Shown one piece after another: positions 55,205-64,000 of a stretch of DNA of 64,000 nucleotides (position 1 is the first letter of the stretch; every line of letters starts with the position of its first letter). The notes beneath the pieces were generated by a model, which saw nothing but the letters and a program-made list of their open reading frames with translations, was not told the origin of the DNA and ran no database searches. The stretch covers positions 3,480 to 67,479 of the forward strand of contig JAPYUM010000001.1 in the NCBI GenBank assembly GCA_029940535.1, in the 5' to 3' direction. Source of the stretch: Vicinamibacterales bacterium. Its GTDB lineage: Bacteria; Acidobacteriota; Vicinamibacteria; Vicinamibacterales; UBA8438. The position numbers were made by a program, and so were the translations under genes.

Positions 55205-56263
55205 TTGGGAGCTGAGGAGCCTGTGATTCATCGCATTCAGACCATCGACGCCCACACGGCCGGGGAGCCGTTGCGACTCATCGTCGGCGGATTTCCCACC
55301 CCCGTCGGGTCAACCATGCTGGAAAAGCGCGAATGGGTGCAGCAGCACTGTGACCCGCTGCGACGCGCGCTGATGCGCGAGCCGCGGGGACACGCCGACA
55401 TGTACGGCGCCGTCCTGACCGAGCCGTGTGAGGAGTCCGCGCACGCCGGAGTGCTGTTCATGCACAACGACGGCTACAGCACGATGTGTGGCCACGGCGT
55501 AATCGCCATCTGCACGATCGCGATCGAACGGGGGCTGATCGGGATGGCGGGCGACTCGACGTCGATGGTACTGGAGTCTCCGGCGGGGCTGGTGCATGCC
55601 CGGGTGACCTTCCGTCCCCCGGCGGCGGGGAGCGTCGGTCACGATGAGGACTCTATGATGACCCCACAGGTGGCGGGCGTCGCGTTCGACAATGTCCCGT
55701 CGTTCGTGTTCCACGCGGGTCTACCAATTGTGGTGGGCGACCGTACGGTTCCGGTCGACGTGGCGTATGGGGGGGCCTTCTATGCGGTGGTCGACAGCGA
55801 GGCGGTCGGGGTGCCGCTGAGACGTGAGGCGATGCCCCGGCTTCGGCGGCTCGGCTGGGACATCGCGCGCGCGGTCGAGGCGGCGATCTCCGTGCAGCAC
55901 CCGACCGAGCCTGGCCTCCACGGCGTGTATGGGACCGTGTTCACGGGGATGGCCGAGCGCTCGGAGGCTGATCTTCGCAACGTGACGGTGTTCGCCGACC
56001 GCCAGGTGGACCGGTCACCGTGCGGAACCGGGACAGCGGCGGTGATGGCCGTACTCGACGCGATGGGGCTCCTGGCTGCCGACCAGGTGTTCCGTCACGA
56101 GAGCATCGTGGGGACACTGTTCCACGGTCGTGTTCGTCGCCGCGTGACGGTGGGCGACTACCAGGCCATCGTGCCGGAGATAGAGGGCGCCGCCTGGATC
56201 ACGGGCGAGCACCTGTTCCTGATCGACGATGAAGACCCGTTGAGGGAGGGGTTCCTGTTGTAG
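55205..56263 (+). CDS. Proline racemase-family enzyme (Cys/Cys pair: proline racemase or 4-hydroxyproline 2-epimerase)
   Basis: IDAHTAGEPLRLIVGG is present, with catalytic Cys in STMCGHG and DRSPCGTGT. The start is uncertain (TTG 55205 or GTG 55223). Confidence 0.88.
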   Translation: MGAEEPVIHRIQTIDAHTAGEPLRLIVGGFPTPVGSTMLEKREWVQQHCDPLRRALMREPRGHADMYGAVLTEPCEESAHAGVLFMHNDGYSTMCGHGVIAICTIAIERGLIGMAGDSTSMVLESPAGLVHARVTFRPPAAGSVGHDEDSMMTPQVAGVAFDNVPSFVFHAGLPIVVGDRTVPVDVAYGGAFYAVVDSEAVGVPLRREAMPRLRRLGWDIARAVEAAISVQHPTEPGLHGVYGTVFTGMAERSEADLRNVTVFADRQVDRSPCGTGTAAVMAVLDAMGLLAADQVFRHESIVGTLFHGRVRRRVTVGDYQAIVPEIEGAAWITGEHLFLIDDEDPLREGFLL

Positions 56264-56306
56264 ATTTCCTGCCGGTCCGTCCGCCTGACCGCGCATTCTT
56301 CGACGG
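56261..56306. repeat. Half copy F of the REP/MITE-like element
   Basis: TAG atttcctgccggtccgtccgcctgaccgcg... aligns with the left halves of copies A and E. It fills the 45-bp convergent gap to the ggt stop. Confidence 0.6.
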
Positions 56307-56308
56307 GC

Positions 56309-57943
56309 CTACCACCCCAGCGCAAGTCCATCCTTCCGCGGATCAGACCCCCCCATCAGCACGCCCGTCTCCGGATCGATCAACACTCCTTGAAATCCGC
56401 CGAAACCGAGCCCGTCGATGATCCGGTGTCCCCGGTGGCGGAGGTCGTCCGCCGTGGCGGTGGAGATACCTCGCTCGAGGCAGACACCGGTCGGGTCGTA
56501 TCGCGCCCGCGGCGCCTCACCCGCTTCCTGGATGTTCATGCCAAAACAGGTCAGGTTCAGCAGTACCTGCAGGTGCCCCTGAGGTTGCATGTCGCCGCCC
56601 ATCACGCCGTAGGCCAGCCATGGCCGCCCGTTGCGGTAGACCATGGCCGGGGCCAGCGTATGGAGCGGGCGTTTGCGCGGTGCCAGATGATTCGGGTGCG
56701 ACGGGTCCGTGGAAAACAGACTGCCGCGATTGTGCAACACGATGCCGGTGTCGCCGGCCACGATGCCGGACCCGAAACCGGCGTAGAGCGATTGAATCAG
56801 AGACACGAGGTTGCCGTCGTTGTCGGCCGCCGCGAGATAGACCGTGTCGCCGCTCGTGTCCGAGGGCGGCGTCGGCTTGTTATGCCGCACCGGCGAGCCC
56901 GCGGCGTCGATCCGTCGCCGCATCTCGCGGCCATAGCCGAGCGAAATCAGCCGCCCGAGCGTTTCCTGGGGTACCCAGTCCGGGTCGGCGAGGTGGATCT
57001 CCCGGTCCGCGAAGGCCACCGCCAGAGCTTCGAGCACCAGATGCAAGTAGTCGGCGGAGTTGTGGCCGAGTCGGCCGAGGTCGTCTCCCGCCAGGATATT
57101 GAGCGCCTCGATGGCGACGAACCCATGCGTGTTGGGTGGCAACTCGAGCAGCTCGACGTGGTTGCCGTCGCCGCCGTCACAACGGGTCTTGATCGGGTCG
57201 ACCCAATCCGACTCGTGGGTCGCCAGGTCGTCGTGGGTCAGCCAGCCCTGGCGCCGTTCGACGTCGCGCGCGATCGCGCGCCCGAGCTCGCCCTGATAGA
57301 GGATGTCGGACCCGTTGGCGGCGATAGCCTCCAGACTGGCTGCCAGCGCCGGGTTCGCGAACAACTCGCCAGGCGCCGGCGCTCGGCCTTGCGGCAGAAA
57401 CACCGCCGCGGCGGCAGGGTCGGCGGCCAGCATCGGTTCGGCGTCGAGCCACTGTCGGGCCACGACTTCGCCGACGGGAAATCCGTCGCGGGCACAGGTG
57501 ATGGCCGGGGCGAGGACACGCGCCAGTGGCATCTGGCCGTGCTCGTCCACCAATCGAGCCCAGCCATCCACGGCGCCGGGTACGGTAATCGACAGTACCC
57601 CGCGATCAGGAATAGACAGGTGACCATCGGCGCGCAGTTGCGCCAGGCTCGCTGCCCGAGGCGACCGGCCGCTCGCGTTCAGTCCCCGGGTCCGCCCGGT
57701 TTTCGCGTCATGGACAATCGCGAACAGATCCCCGCCGATGCCCGTCATCGTCGGCTCGACGACCGCGAGGACGGCGGCCGCCGCGACCGCGGCATCGACC
57801 GCGTTCCCGCCCTCGCGCAACACATCCAGCCCGACGACGGATGCGTGCGGCTGGCTGGTGGCCATCATGCCGCGTCGGCCGAGCGCGACCGACCTCGATC
57901 CGCGCGACGCCAGGCTGGGCGCGCCGGGGCGCCGCGGGGTCAT
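56309..57943 (-). CDS. ggt: Gamma-glutamyltransferase
   Basis: 544 aa with GGNAVDAAVA and the autoprocessing Thr context SGDTVYLAAAD. ATGA overlap with the upstream HD gene. Confidence 0.93.
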   Translation of the reverse strand: MTPRRPGAPSLASRGSRSVALGRRGMMATSQPHASVVGLDVLREGGNAVDAAVAAAAVLAVVEPTMTGIGGDLFAIVHDAKTGRTRGLNASGRSPRAASLAQLRADGHLSIPDRGVLSITVPGAVDGWARLVDEHGQMPLARVLAPAITCARDGFPVGEVVARQWLDAEPMLAADPAAAAVFLPQGRAPAPGELFANPALAASLEAIAANGSDILYQGELGRAIARDVERRQGWLTHDDLATHESDWVDPIKTRCDGGDGNHVELLELPPNTHGFVAIEALNILAGDDLGRLGHNSADYLHLVLEALAVAFADREIHLADPDWVPQETLGRLISLGYGREMRRRIDAAGSPVRHNKPTPPSDTSGDTVYLAAADNDGNLVSLIQSLYAGFGSGIVAGDTGIVLHNRGSLFSTDPSHPNHLAPRKRPLHTLAPAMVYRNGRPWLAYGVMGGDMQPQGHLQVLLNLTCFGMNIQEAGEAPRARYDPTGVCLERGISTATADDLRHRGHRIIDGLGFGGFQGVLIDPETGVLMGGSDPRKDGLALGW

Positions 57944-58503
57944 CGGGCGTCTCGCGTGACAGTGAGGAACTGGTCGAGCTGTCGCCCGTGTTCGTCGAGA
58001 ATCGGGTGGGTCCAGGCTTCAGACAACATCTCGTGCACCTGCCGCTGATACCAGACCATGTCTTCCAGCCCGGCGCTGAATACATCGGCGAACTTCGCGC
58101 CCTCCGTGTCGAAACCGACGACCATGCTCGACAGGTTGTGAATCTTGTCGGCGGAGGCGACCGCTCGTGCGTCGTCTCCGGGGCTCTGGCGCAAGCGCGC
58201 GATATAGCTCTCCTTCCGACGGCGCCAGGGAACCGTCCGCCGCGGCTCCGTAACGTCCTCTACGATCGCCAGCACGCGAGCTCCGAAGCGGTCGCGGATT
58301 ATCCCGCGCTCGAGTGTGGTGTCTTCCAACGTGTCGTGAAGAATTGCGGCCACCACGGCAGGTTCACCGAACCCGAAATCCCCGACAATCATCGCTACGG
58401 ACAACGCGTGGGTCGCTTCGAATGCCTGTCCGGCCTTGCGGCGGCGCAGCTTGTGCGCCTCGAGCATTGTGGTGATGGCCAGCTCGACCTGGGGTGAGAA
58501 CAT
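57940..58503 (-). CDS. HD-domain protein, RelA/SpoT-type (p)ppGpp hydrolase-like (small alarmone hydrolase)
   Basis: AILHDTLEDTT motif. Internal ATG 58503 is preferred because it avoids a 128-nt overlap with the VWA gene. Confidence 0.75.
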   Translation of the reverse strand: MFSPQVELAITTMLEAHKLRRRKAGQAFEATHALSVAMIVGDFGFGEPAVVAAILHDTLEDTTLERGIIRDRFGARVLAIVEDVTEPRRTVPWRRRKESYIARLRQSPGDDARAVASADKIHNLSSMVVGFDTEGAKFADVFSAGLEDMVWYQRQVHEMLSEAWTHPILDEHGRQLDQFLTVTRDAR

Positions 58504-58510
58504 CCGCCCG

Positions 58511-59422
58511 CTACTGGCCTTGGTCCTGCGGCGCGACATAGGACCGGCGGGCTCGCGCGGTCGTGCCTTCCTGTGTGACTTGGACGTCCAATTCGTGCAC
58601 CTTGCCGTCGCGGATCGAGGGGGCGAAGCCGACCACATACTGGCTATGCAGCTCTTGCGCGACCCGGGTGAACGTCGGGCCCAGTTCGTCGCTGTCTTTT
58701 AGCTCGAAATAACCACCGCCGGTTTCCTCCGCGAAGGTCTTGAGTCGCTTGTCCGGGCTGCTTCGTACCTGGCGGACCCCGTTGAAGTAGTCCATCTCGA
58801 GCCCGATCGTGTAGATCATGACCTCGGCCGCGCGTGCCTTCTCGAGAACGTCGCGCCAGCCGATGGCGTGCTGGGTATCCTCACCGTCGGTGAAGACCAG
58901 GACCACCTTGCGACCTTCCACCCCGGTCAGGTCATCAATGCTCGCCCCGACGGCGTCGTAGAGTCGGGTCGGGTTGCCGAACTGCAGGCGATCAAGCTGT
59001 CGGATCAACTCGTCGCGGTCGCCGATGAACTGGGCGGGAAGTATCTGGATCTTGTCGTTGAAGGCGCCGACCTTGCCTCGGTCGTCCGGGAGCATCCGGA
59101 TGAGGAACTGCTCCGCGCCCGCCATAAGCAGGTCGAGCTGCGGGGTCATGCTGGCACTCGTGTCCAGCATGACCACGACCGTAATCGGCCGGACCTCGTT
59201 CTCGAACAGCACGATCTCCTGGGGCTCTTCGTTGTCCAGGATGATGAAATCCTCCTGGCCGAGGGTTGGCACCAGCCGGCCATTCTTGTCGGTGGCCGTG
59301 ACATACAGGTCGACGATCTCGGTGCCGGACCGAAAAATTGGAGTCTGGGGTTGCTGCGCCGCGATTCCCACCATGAGAAGACACGTCGTGAGCAGGATCG
59401 TAAGCGTGGTACGGGTTGCCAT
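58511..59422 (-). CDS. Secreted VWA-domain protein (acidobacterial VWFA-related family-like)
   Basis: Signal peptide; N-terminal FRSGTEIVDLYVTATDKNGRLV; MIDAS-like VVVMLDTSASM. Confidence 0.85.
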   Translation of the reverse strand: MATRTTLTILLTTCLLMVGIAAQQPQTPIFRSGTEIVDLYVTATDKNGRLVPTLGQEDFIILDNEEPQEIVLFENEVRPITVVVMLDTSASMTPQLDLLMAGAEQFLIRMLPDDRGKVGAFNDKIQILPAQFIGDRDELIRQLDRLQFGNPTRLYDAVGASIDDLTGVEGRKVVLVFTDGEDTQHAIGWRDVLEKARAAEVMIYTIGLEMDYFNGVRQVRSSPDKRLKTFAEETGGGYFELKDSDELGPTFTRVAQELHSQYVVGFAPSIRDGKVHELDVQVTQEGTTARARRSYVAPQDQGQ

Positions 59423-59542
59423 GAATCGAGCTTAACAACCTTCTGCCCGGTGGGCAACGCAAGACCGCCCTCGGCGCGAGGCCATCCCTTCTGTCCTGGT
59501 ATTGAACGCGGCTTGACAGTGTGAATACATGTATGTAGATTC

Positions 59543-60508
59543 ATGGATGTGAAAGTGACAACAACCCTGTTTCGTCTCCTAGGAGATGAGGCCCGGCTGC
59601 GGTTGCTCAGGCTGCTCTCGCAGGAGCGTCTGAACGTGAGCGAGTTGACCGCCGTACTGGGGATAGCCCAGTCCGGGGTGTCGCGTCACCTGGGGCTGCT
59701 GCGTGATGCCGGGCTCGTGTCGGAGGAACGGGAGGGGGGCTTCACGTTTCTACGCGCCACTCCGGATGAGCACGATGCCTGCCTCGGCCCGGTGTGGTCC
59801 TTGTTACAGGCTCGGTTCGATGCCGCTGGCGCGGACGCGGTCGTGAGAGAGGACCAGGCGCGGTTACGGCAGGTATTACGGCAGCGTCGCGACAATGCCG
59901 CAACGCATGGAGGTGCGACCGGCAGCGGCCGTCGCCAATTCGTTCCCGGGAGAAGCTGGGCGGCCTGGTCTCGCGGGCTCGGGTTGCTGCTACCTCGGCA
60001 CACCGTGGTCGACCTCGGGTGCGGCGAGGGCTTTCTGACGCTTGAGATTGCTCGCTGGGCCGCCCACGTCATCGCGGTTGATCGCTCAGGCCCGGTACTG
60101 GAACGCGCCCGTGAACTAGCGACGCGCCGGCGCATCGCCAACGTCGAGTGGCGGCTGGGCGAGATCGAGCAGCCGCCGGTCGAGAACGGTGCGGCCGATA
60201 TCGCCCTGCTTTCTCAGGCGCTGCATCATGCCGAGGATCCTCGGCAAGCGTTGCGGGCGGCAACCCGGGTGGTACGAGAACACGGGCGGGTGCTCGTGCT
60301 CGACCTGATGGCGCACGCCGAGGAGTGGACGAAGGAGCGCCTGGGCGACCGGTGGCTTGGGTTCGACGCCGACGCGCTGAGGGAGATGATGACTGACGCT
60401 GGCTTGGTCGAGGTGCAGGTGGCACCTACCGATGACGCCGGGGCGGGCTCCTTTGGCGTACTGACGGCCATCGGAACAAGACCAGCCACGAGGGCACGAG
60501 GAAAGTGA
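59543..60508 (+). CDS. ArsR-family HTH fused to class I SAM-dependent methyltransferase
   Basis: The N-terminal [50 protein letters not shown] is followed by motif [11 protein letters not shown]. Confidence 0.85.
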   Translation: MDVKVTTTLFRLLGDEARLRLLRLLSQERLNVSELTAVLGIAQSGVSRHLGLLRDAGLVSEEREGGFTFLRATPDEHDACLGPVWSLLQARFDAAGADAVVREDQARLRQVLRQRRDNAATHGGATGSGRRQFVPGRSWAAWSRGLGLLLPRHTVVDLGCGEGFLTLEIARWAAHVIAVDRSGPVLERARELATRRRIANVEWRLGEIEQPPVENGAADIALLSQALHHAEDPRQALRAATRVVREHGRVLVLDLMAHAEEWTKERLGDRWLGFDADALREMMTDAGLVEVQVAPTDDAGAGSFGVLTAIGTRPATRARGK

Positions 60509-60513
60509 GCACG

Positions 60514-63500
60514 ATGACAGACAGAACGACGGACGCGACGCGGCTCGATGTCTCAACGCGAGACCGGATCGAGGCGTTACTGCGGTCGCGGATTCTCGTC
60601 ATGGACGGGGCGATGGGCACGATGGTCCAACGCCACACGCTGGACGAGGCGGCCTTTCGCGGTGAGCGCTTCGCGGGGCACGCCAAAGATCTGCGAGGCA
60701 ACAATGATCTGCTGGTACTGACTCAGCCGGATGTCATCACGGGGATTCACCACGCCTACTTGGAGGCCGGTAGCGACATTATCGAGACGAATACCTTCAG
60801 CAGCACCGCCATCGCGCAGGCGGACTACGGGCTCGAGTCACTCGCCTACGAGCTGAATGTGGAAGCCGCCCGGTTGGCGACCGCGGCGGCGGCGGCCTGG
60901 TCCGAGCGCACGCCTGAGCGTCCGCGCTTCGTTGCGGGGGCGATCGGGCCGACGAATCGCACCCTGTCTATTTCGCCAGACGTCAATGACCCCACCGTCC
61001 GGGCCTGCACCTTCGATGCGCTACAGACGGCGTATGCGGAACAGGTGCGGGGCCTTGTCGATGGCGGCTGCGACCTGCTGCTGGTGGAGACCATCTTCGA
61101 CACGTTGAACGCGAAGGCGGCGCTCGTGGCGATTCGGGAGGTCTTCGACGACCGGGGGATCGAGCTTCCGCTCATGATCTCGGTCACGATCACGGATCGG
61201 AGTGGACGCACCTTGTCCGGCCAGACGATCGATGCGTTCTATGTCGCGATCGCGCACGCGCAGCCGCTCTCCGTCGGTATCAACTGCGCGCTTGGCGCGC
61301 GCGACATGCGACCGTATCTGGCCGAGCTCTCGGACATCGCCGAGTGCTACGTCAGCTCGTACCCGAATGCCGGGTTGCCGAACGCATTCGGAGAGTACGA
61401 CGAGCAACCGAACCAGACCGGGGCCCTGCTGCGGGATTTTGCCGACAGTGGGTTCGTCAACATCCTGGGCGGGTGCTGCGGCACCACCCCAGACCACATC
61501 GGCGCGATCGTGCGGGCGGTTGACGGGGTGGCGCCCCGCCCTCTGCCGTCGCGTAGCTCCGGAGCGTCACGTCTCAGTGGTCTCGAGGTCTTGACGGTCA
61601 GAGACGACAGCAATTTTCTGATGGTGGGAGAACGGACCAATGTGACCGGCTCCGCTCGGTTCGCTCGCCTGATCAAGTCAGACGATTTCACGACGGCGAG
61701 CGACGTGGCGGTTGACCAGGTGCGCGGCGGTGCGAACCTCATCGACGTCAACATGGACGAGGCACTGCTCGACTCGGAACAGTCGATGACGCACTTTCTC
61801 AACCTGATTGCCACCGAGCCGGAGGTGGCTCGGGTTCCCGTGATGATCGACAGCTCGAAGTGGTCGGTGATTGAGGCGGGGTTGAAGTGTGTCCAGGGAA
61901 AGGCGGTCGTCAACTCGATCAGCCTGAAGGAGGGCGAGGCCGACTTTCTCGACAAGGCGCGGACCCTCAGGCGTTATGGCGCCGCCGCCGTGGTGATGGC
62001 GTTCGACGAGACCGGGCAGGCCGATACGGTCGAGCGCAAAGTGAGCATTTGCCGGCGAGCCTACACGCTGTTGACCCAGCGGGCTGGTTTCGATCCCCAC
62101 GACATCATCTTCGATCCGAACATTCTGGCCATTGCGACAGGCCTCGAAGAGCACAACGACTACGCCGTCAACTTCATCGAGGCGATCGGCGCGATCAAGC
62201 AATCTTGTCCCGGCGTGCTCATCAGCGGCGGGGTCAGCAATCTGTCGTTCTCGTTCAGAGGCAACAACGTCGTCCGTGAAGCGATCCACTCGGCGTTTCT
62301 GTACCACGCCATCAAGGCCGGGATGGACATGGGCATCGTCAATGCCGGCCAACTGGTGGTGTACGAGGACATCGCACCAGAACTGCTGACGCGTGTCGAG
62401 GACATCATCTTCAATCGTCGTCCCGACGCCACCGAACGGATGGTGGAGTTTGCCGAGACGGTCAAGGGCGAGGCGGGTGCCACGCGGGAGGTCGACCTGG
62501 CCTGGCGCGAGGGCACAGTGGCCGAGCGGCTCTCGCACGCTCTCGTACGGGGCATTGTCGACCATATCGAGCCGGACACGGAGGAAGCACGACAAGCCCT
62601 GGGGCGGCCGCTCGATGTGATCGAGGGTCCGTTGATGGACGGTATGAAGATCGTGGGCGATCTGTTCGGCGCCGGCAAGATGTTTCTGCCGCAGGTGGTG
62701 AAAAGCGCCCGCGTCATGAAGAAGGCGGTCGCCTATCTGGAACCGTTCATGGAAGCGGAACGGCGCGTCGGTGGCGGGAAGGCGTCGTCGCAAGGCAAGG
62801 TGGTGATGGCCACCGTCAAAGGTGACGTGCACGACATTGGCAAGAACATCGTTGGGGTTGTGCTGCAGTGCAACGGGTATGAGGTCGTGGATCTTGGTGT
62901 CATGGTGCATTGCGACACCATTCTCCAGACGGCGGCCGATGAGAACGCTGACATCATCGGGCTGAGCGGGCTGATCACGCCGTCGCTTGATGAGATGGTC
63001 GTCGTCGCCCGGGAAATGCAGCAGCGCAAGCTCGACCGTCCCCTGCTGATTGGTGGCGCGACGACAAGTCGTCAACACACCGCGGTGAAAATCGCGCCCG
63101 CGTATGACCACCCTACGGTACATGTGGTCGACGCCTCCCGCGTCATCGACGTGGTGTCCAGCTTGCTGAATCCGGAACGGCGTGCTGCGCTAGACCGCGA
63201 GAACCGTGACAACCAAGCGGTGCTGCGAGAGCAGTACGCGACTCGCCAGGCGAAGCCCTTACTTCCCTACGACCGAGCGGCCGCCAATCGGTTTCAGCCC
63301 GACTGGGCCGCGAGCGACTTACCGACACCGGCGTTTCTGGGTCGGCGGGTGCTCGACGACATCTCGATCGAGGCGGTCATGCCGTTCATCGACTGGACGT
63401 TTTTCTTCTCGGCGTGGGAGATCAATGGACGGTATCCCGGGGTGCTCGACCATCCGAGATACGGCGAGCAGGCCCGACAACTCTATGACGACGGCACCGC

Positions 63501-64000
63501 GCTGCTGCGGCGTATTGTCGATGAGCGAGCCTTGACCCTTCGCGGCGTCTATGGGTTCTGGCCCGTCGCGAGCGCCGGCGACGACATCGTGGTCTTCGCG
63601 CCGGGTGGGCCCGAGTCTGGGCCCGAGTTGCAGCGGTTCGTCATGCTACGTCAACAGGGCGAGCAGCCGGACGGAAGACCGAATAGGTCGCTCGCCGACT
63701 ACATCGCGCCGGCCCGCGGCGGGGGGCGGGATCACCTCGGCGCGTTTGCCGTGACCGCCGGTATCGGTGCTGACGACCTGGCCTCGGAGTACGCGCGCGA
63801 TCATGACGACTACCAGGCGATCATGGTCAAGGCCCTTGCCGACCGGCTGGCGGAGGCGGCGGCCGAGTATCTGCACGCGGAGGCGCGCCGCCAATGGGGG
63901 TATGAGCGGGGCGGGACCCTGTCGCCAGCGGACTTGCTTCGGGAACAGTATCGCGGGATTCGTCCCGCTTTTGGTTATCCGGCCTGCCCGGATCACAGCG
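60514..64000 (+). CDS. metH: Cobalamin-dependent methionine synthase (3' end beyond window)
   Basis: Not in the ORF track because there is no stop within the window. Frame 1 is open from ATG 60514 to the window end. It contains Hcy-binding ([10 protein letters not shown]), pterin-binding, B12 cap and DxHxxG ([12 protein letters not shown]) regions, and the start of the AdoMet activation domain. Confidence 0.95.
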   Translation, partial: MTDRTTDATRLDVSTRDRIEALLRSRILVMDGAMGTMVQRHTLDEAAFRGERFAGHAKDLRGNNDLLVLTQPDVITGIHHAYLEAGSDIIETNTFSSTAIAQADYGLESLAYELNVEAARLATAAAAAWSERTPERPRFVAGAIGPTNRTLSISPDVNDPTVRACTFDALQTAYAEQVRGLVDGGCDLLLVETIFDTLNAKAALVAIREVFDDRGIELPLMISVTITDRSGRTLSGQTIDAFYVAIAHAQPLSVGINCALGARDMRPYLAELSDIAECYVSSYPNAGLPNAFGEYDEQPNQTGALLRDFADSGFVNILGGCCGTTPDHIGAIVRAVDGVAPRPLPSRSSGASRLSGLEVLTVRDDSNFLMVGERTNVTGSARFARLIKSDDFTTASDVAVDQVRGGANLIDVNMDEALLDSEQSMTHFLNLIATEPEVARVPVMIDSSKWSVIEAGLKCVQGKAVVNSISLKEGEADFLDKARTLRRYGAAAVVMAFDETGQADTVERKVSICRRAYTLLTQRAGFDPHDIIFDPNILAIATGLEEHNDYAVNFIEAIGAIKQSCPGVLISGGVSNLSFSFRGNNVVREAIHSAFLYHAIKAGMDMGIVNAGQLVVYEDIAPELLTRVEDIIFNRRPDATERMVEFAETVKGEAGATREVDLAWREGTVAERLSHALVRGIVDHIEPDTEEARQALGRPLDVIEGPLMDGMKIVGDLFGAGKMFLPQVVKSARVMKKAVAYLEPFMEAERRVGGGKASSQGKVVMATVKGDVHDIGKNIVGVVLQCNGYEVVDLGVMVHCDTILQTAADENADIIGLSGLITPSLDEMVVVAREMQQRKLDRPLLIGGATTSRQHTAVKIAPAYDHPTVHVVDASRVIDVVSSLLNPERRAALDRENRDNQAVLREQYATRQAKPLLPYDRAAANRFQPDWAASDLPTPAFLGRRVLDDISIEAVMPFIDWTFFFSAWEINGRYPGVLDHPRYGEQARQLYDDGTALLRRIVDERALTLRGVYGFWPVASAGDDIVVFAPGGPESGPELQRFVMLRQQGEQPDGRPNRSLADYIAPARGGGRDHLGAFAVTAGIGADDLASEYARDHDDYQAIMVKALADRLAEAAAEYLHAEARRQWGYERGGTLSPADLLREQYRGIRPAFGYPACPDHS

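Noticed and set aside
58504-58638. Upstream start (58638 or 58539) for the HD-domain gene
   Set aside because: It would overlap the VWA gene by up to 128 nt. The added residues are Arg/Pro/Ser-rich and precede the conserved HD N-terminus. ATG 58503 leaves a 7-nt gap.
1-64000. CRISPR arrays, rRNA genes, prophage or IS transposase genes
   Set aside because: No regularly spaced short repeats, no rRNA-like conserved blocks, and no transposase or integrase-like ORFs were found on either strand.

Overview
High-GC (about 65-70% by eye) bacterial chromosome segment. All family calls are by eye from the translated ORFs; no searches were run. The lineage is possibly Acidobacteriota-like, based on a VWFA-type secreted protein family and a Myxococcus/Geobacter-like pil gene order; confidence in this is low.

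Layout:
(1) 1-12.8 kb: distal S10, spc and alpha ribosomal-protein operons (rplV to rplQ with secY, adk, map, infA, rpmJ, rpoA).
(2) 12.9-21.8 kb: an EF-G paralogue, a Yip1/HlyD/two-MacB-like-permease operon with no ATPase gene, pyruvoyl arginine decarboxylase and an outer-membrane barrel.
(3) 22.1-39.0 kb: a large type IV pilus locus. It runs pilB-pilT-pilC-pilS-pilR-pilA, then a VKOR-DsbA fusion, an ABC ATPase, an ABC-2 permease and a TPR protein coupled to pilD, then three pseudopilin-like genes and a second sigma-54 activator.
(4) 39.1-51.2 kb: aroB, proS, ompA-like, tatC, tatA, an S41 protease and smc.
(5) 51.2-53.9 kb: a low-GC, largely non-coding islet.
(6) 53.9-64.0 kb: a TPR protein, a proline-racemase-family enzyme, a VWA-HD-GGT operon, an ArsR-methyltransferase fusion and metH (runs off the window).

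Most unusual items:
(a) The islet after smc holds two about 124-bp near-identical direct repeats that bracket a foreign-looking HExxH gene. Next to them lie a 311-bp non-coding element bounded by inverted repeats and decayed gene fragments.
(b) A palindromic REP/MITE-like repeat family has 3 full and 3 half copies. The left end of each copy sits on or within a few nt of a stop codon.
(c) The pilus locus has sigma-54 promoter-like motifs, a non-canonical GAFASA loop in PilR, and an ABC/TPR module translationally coupled to pilD.

No rRNA, tRNA or CRISPR array was seen. Many long antisense ORFs in the track are high-GC shadow ORFs.
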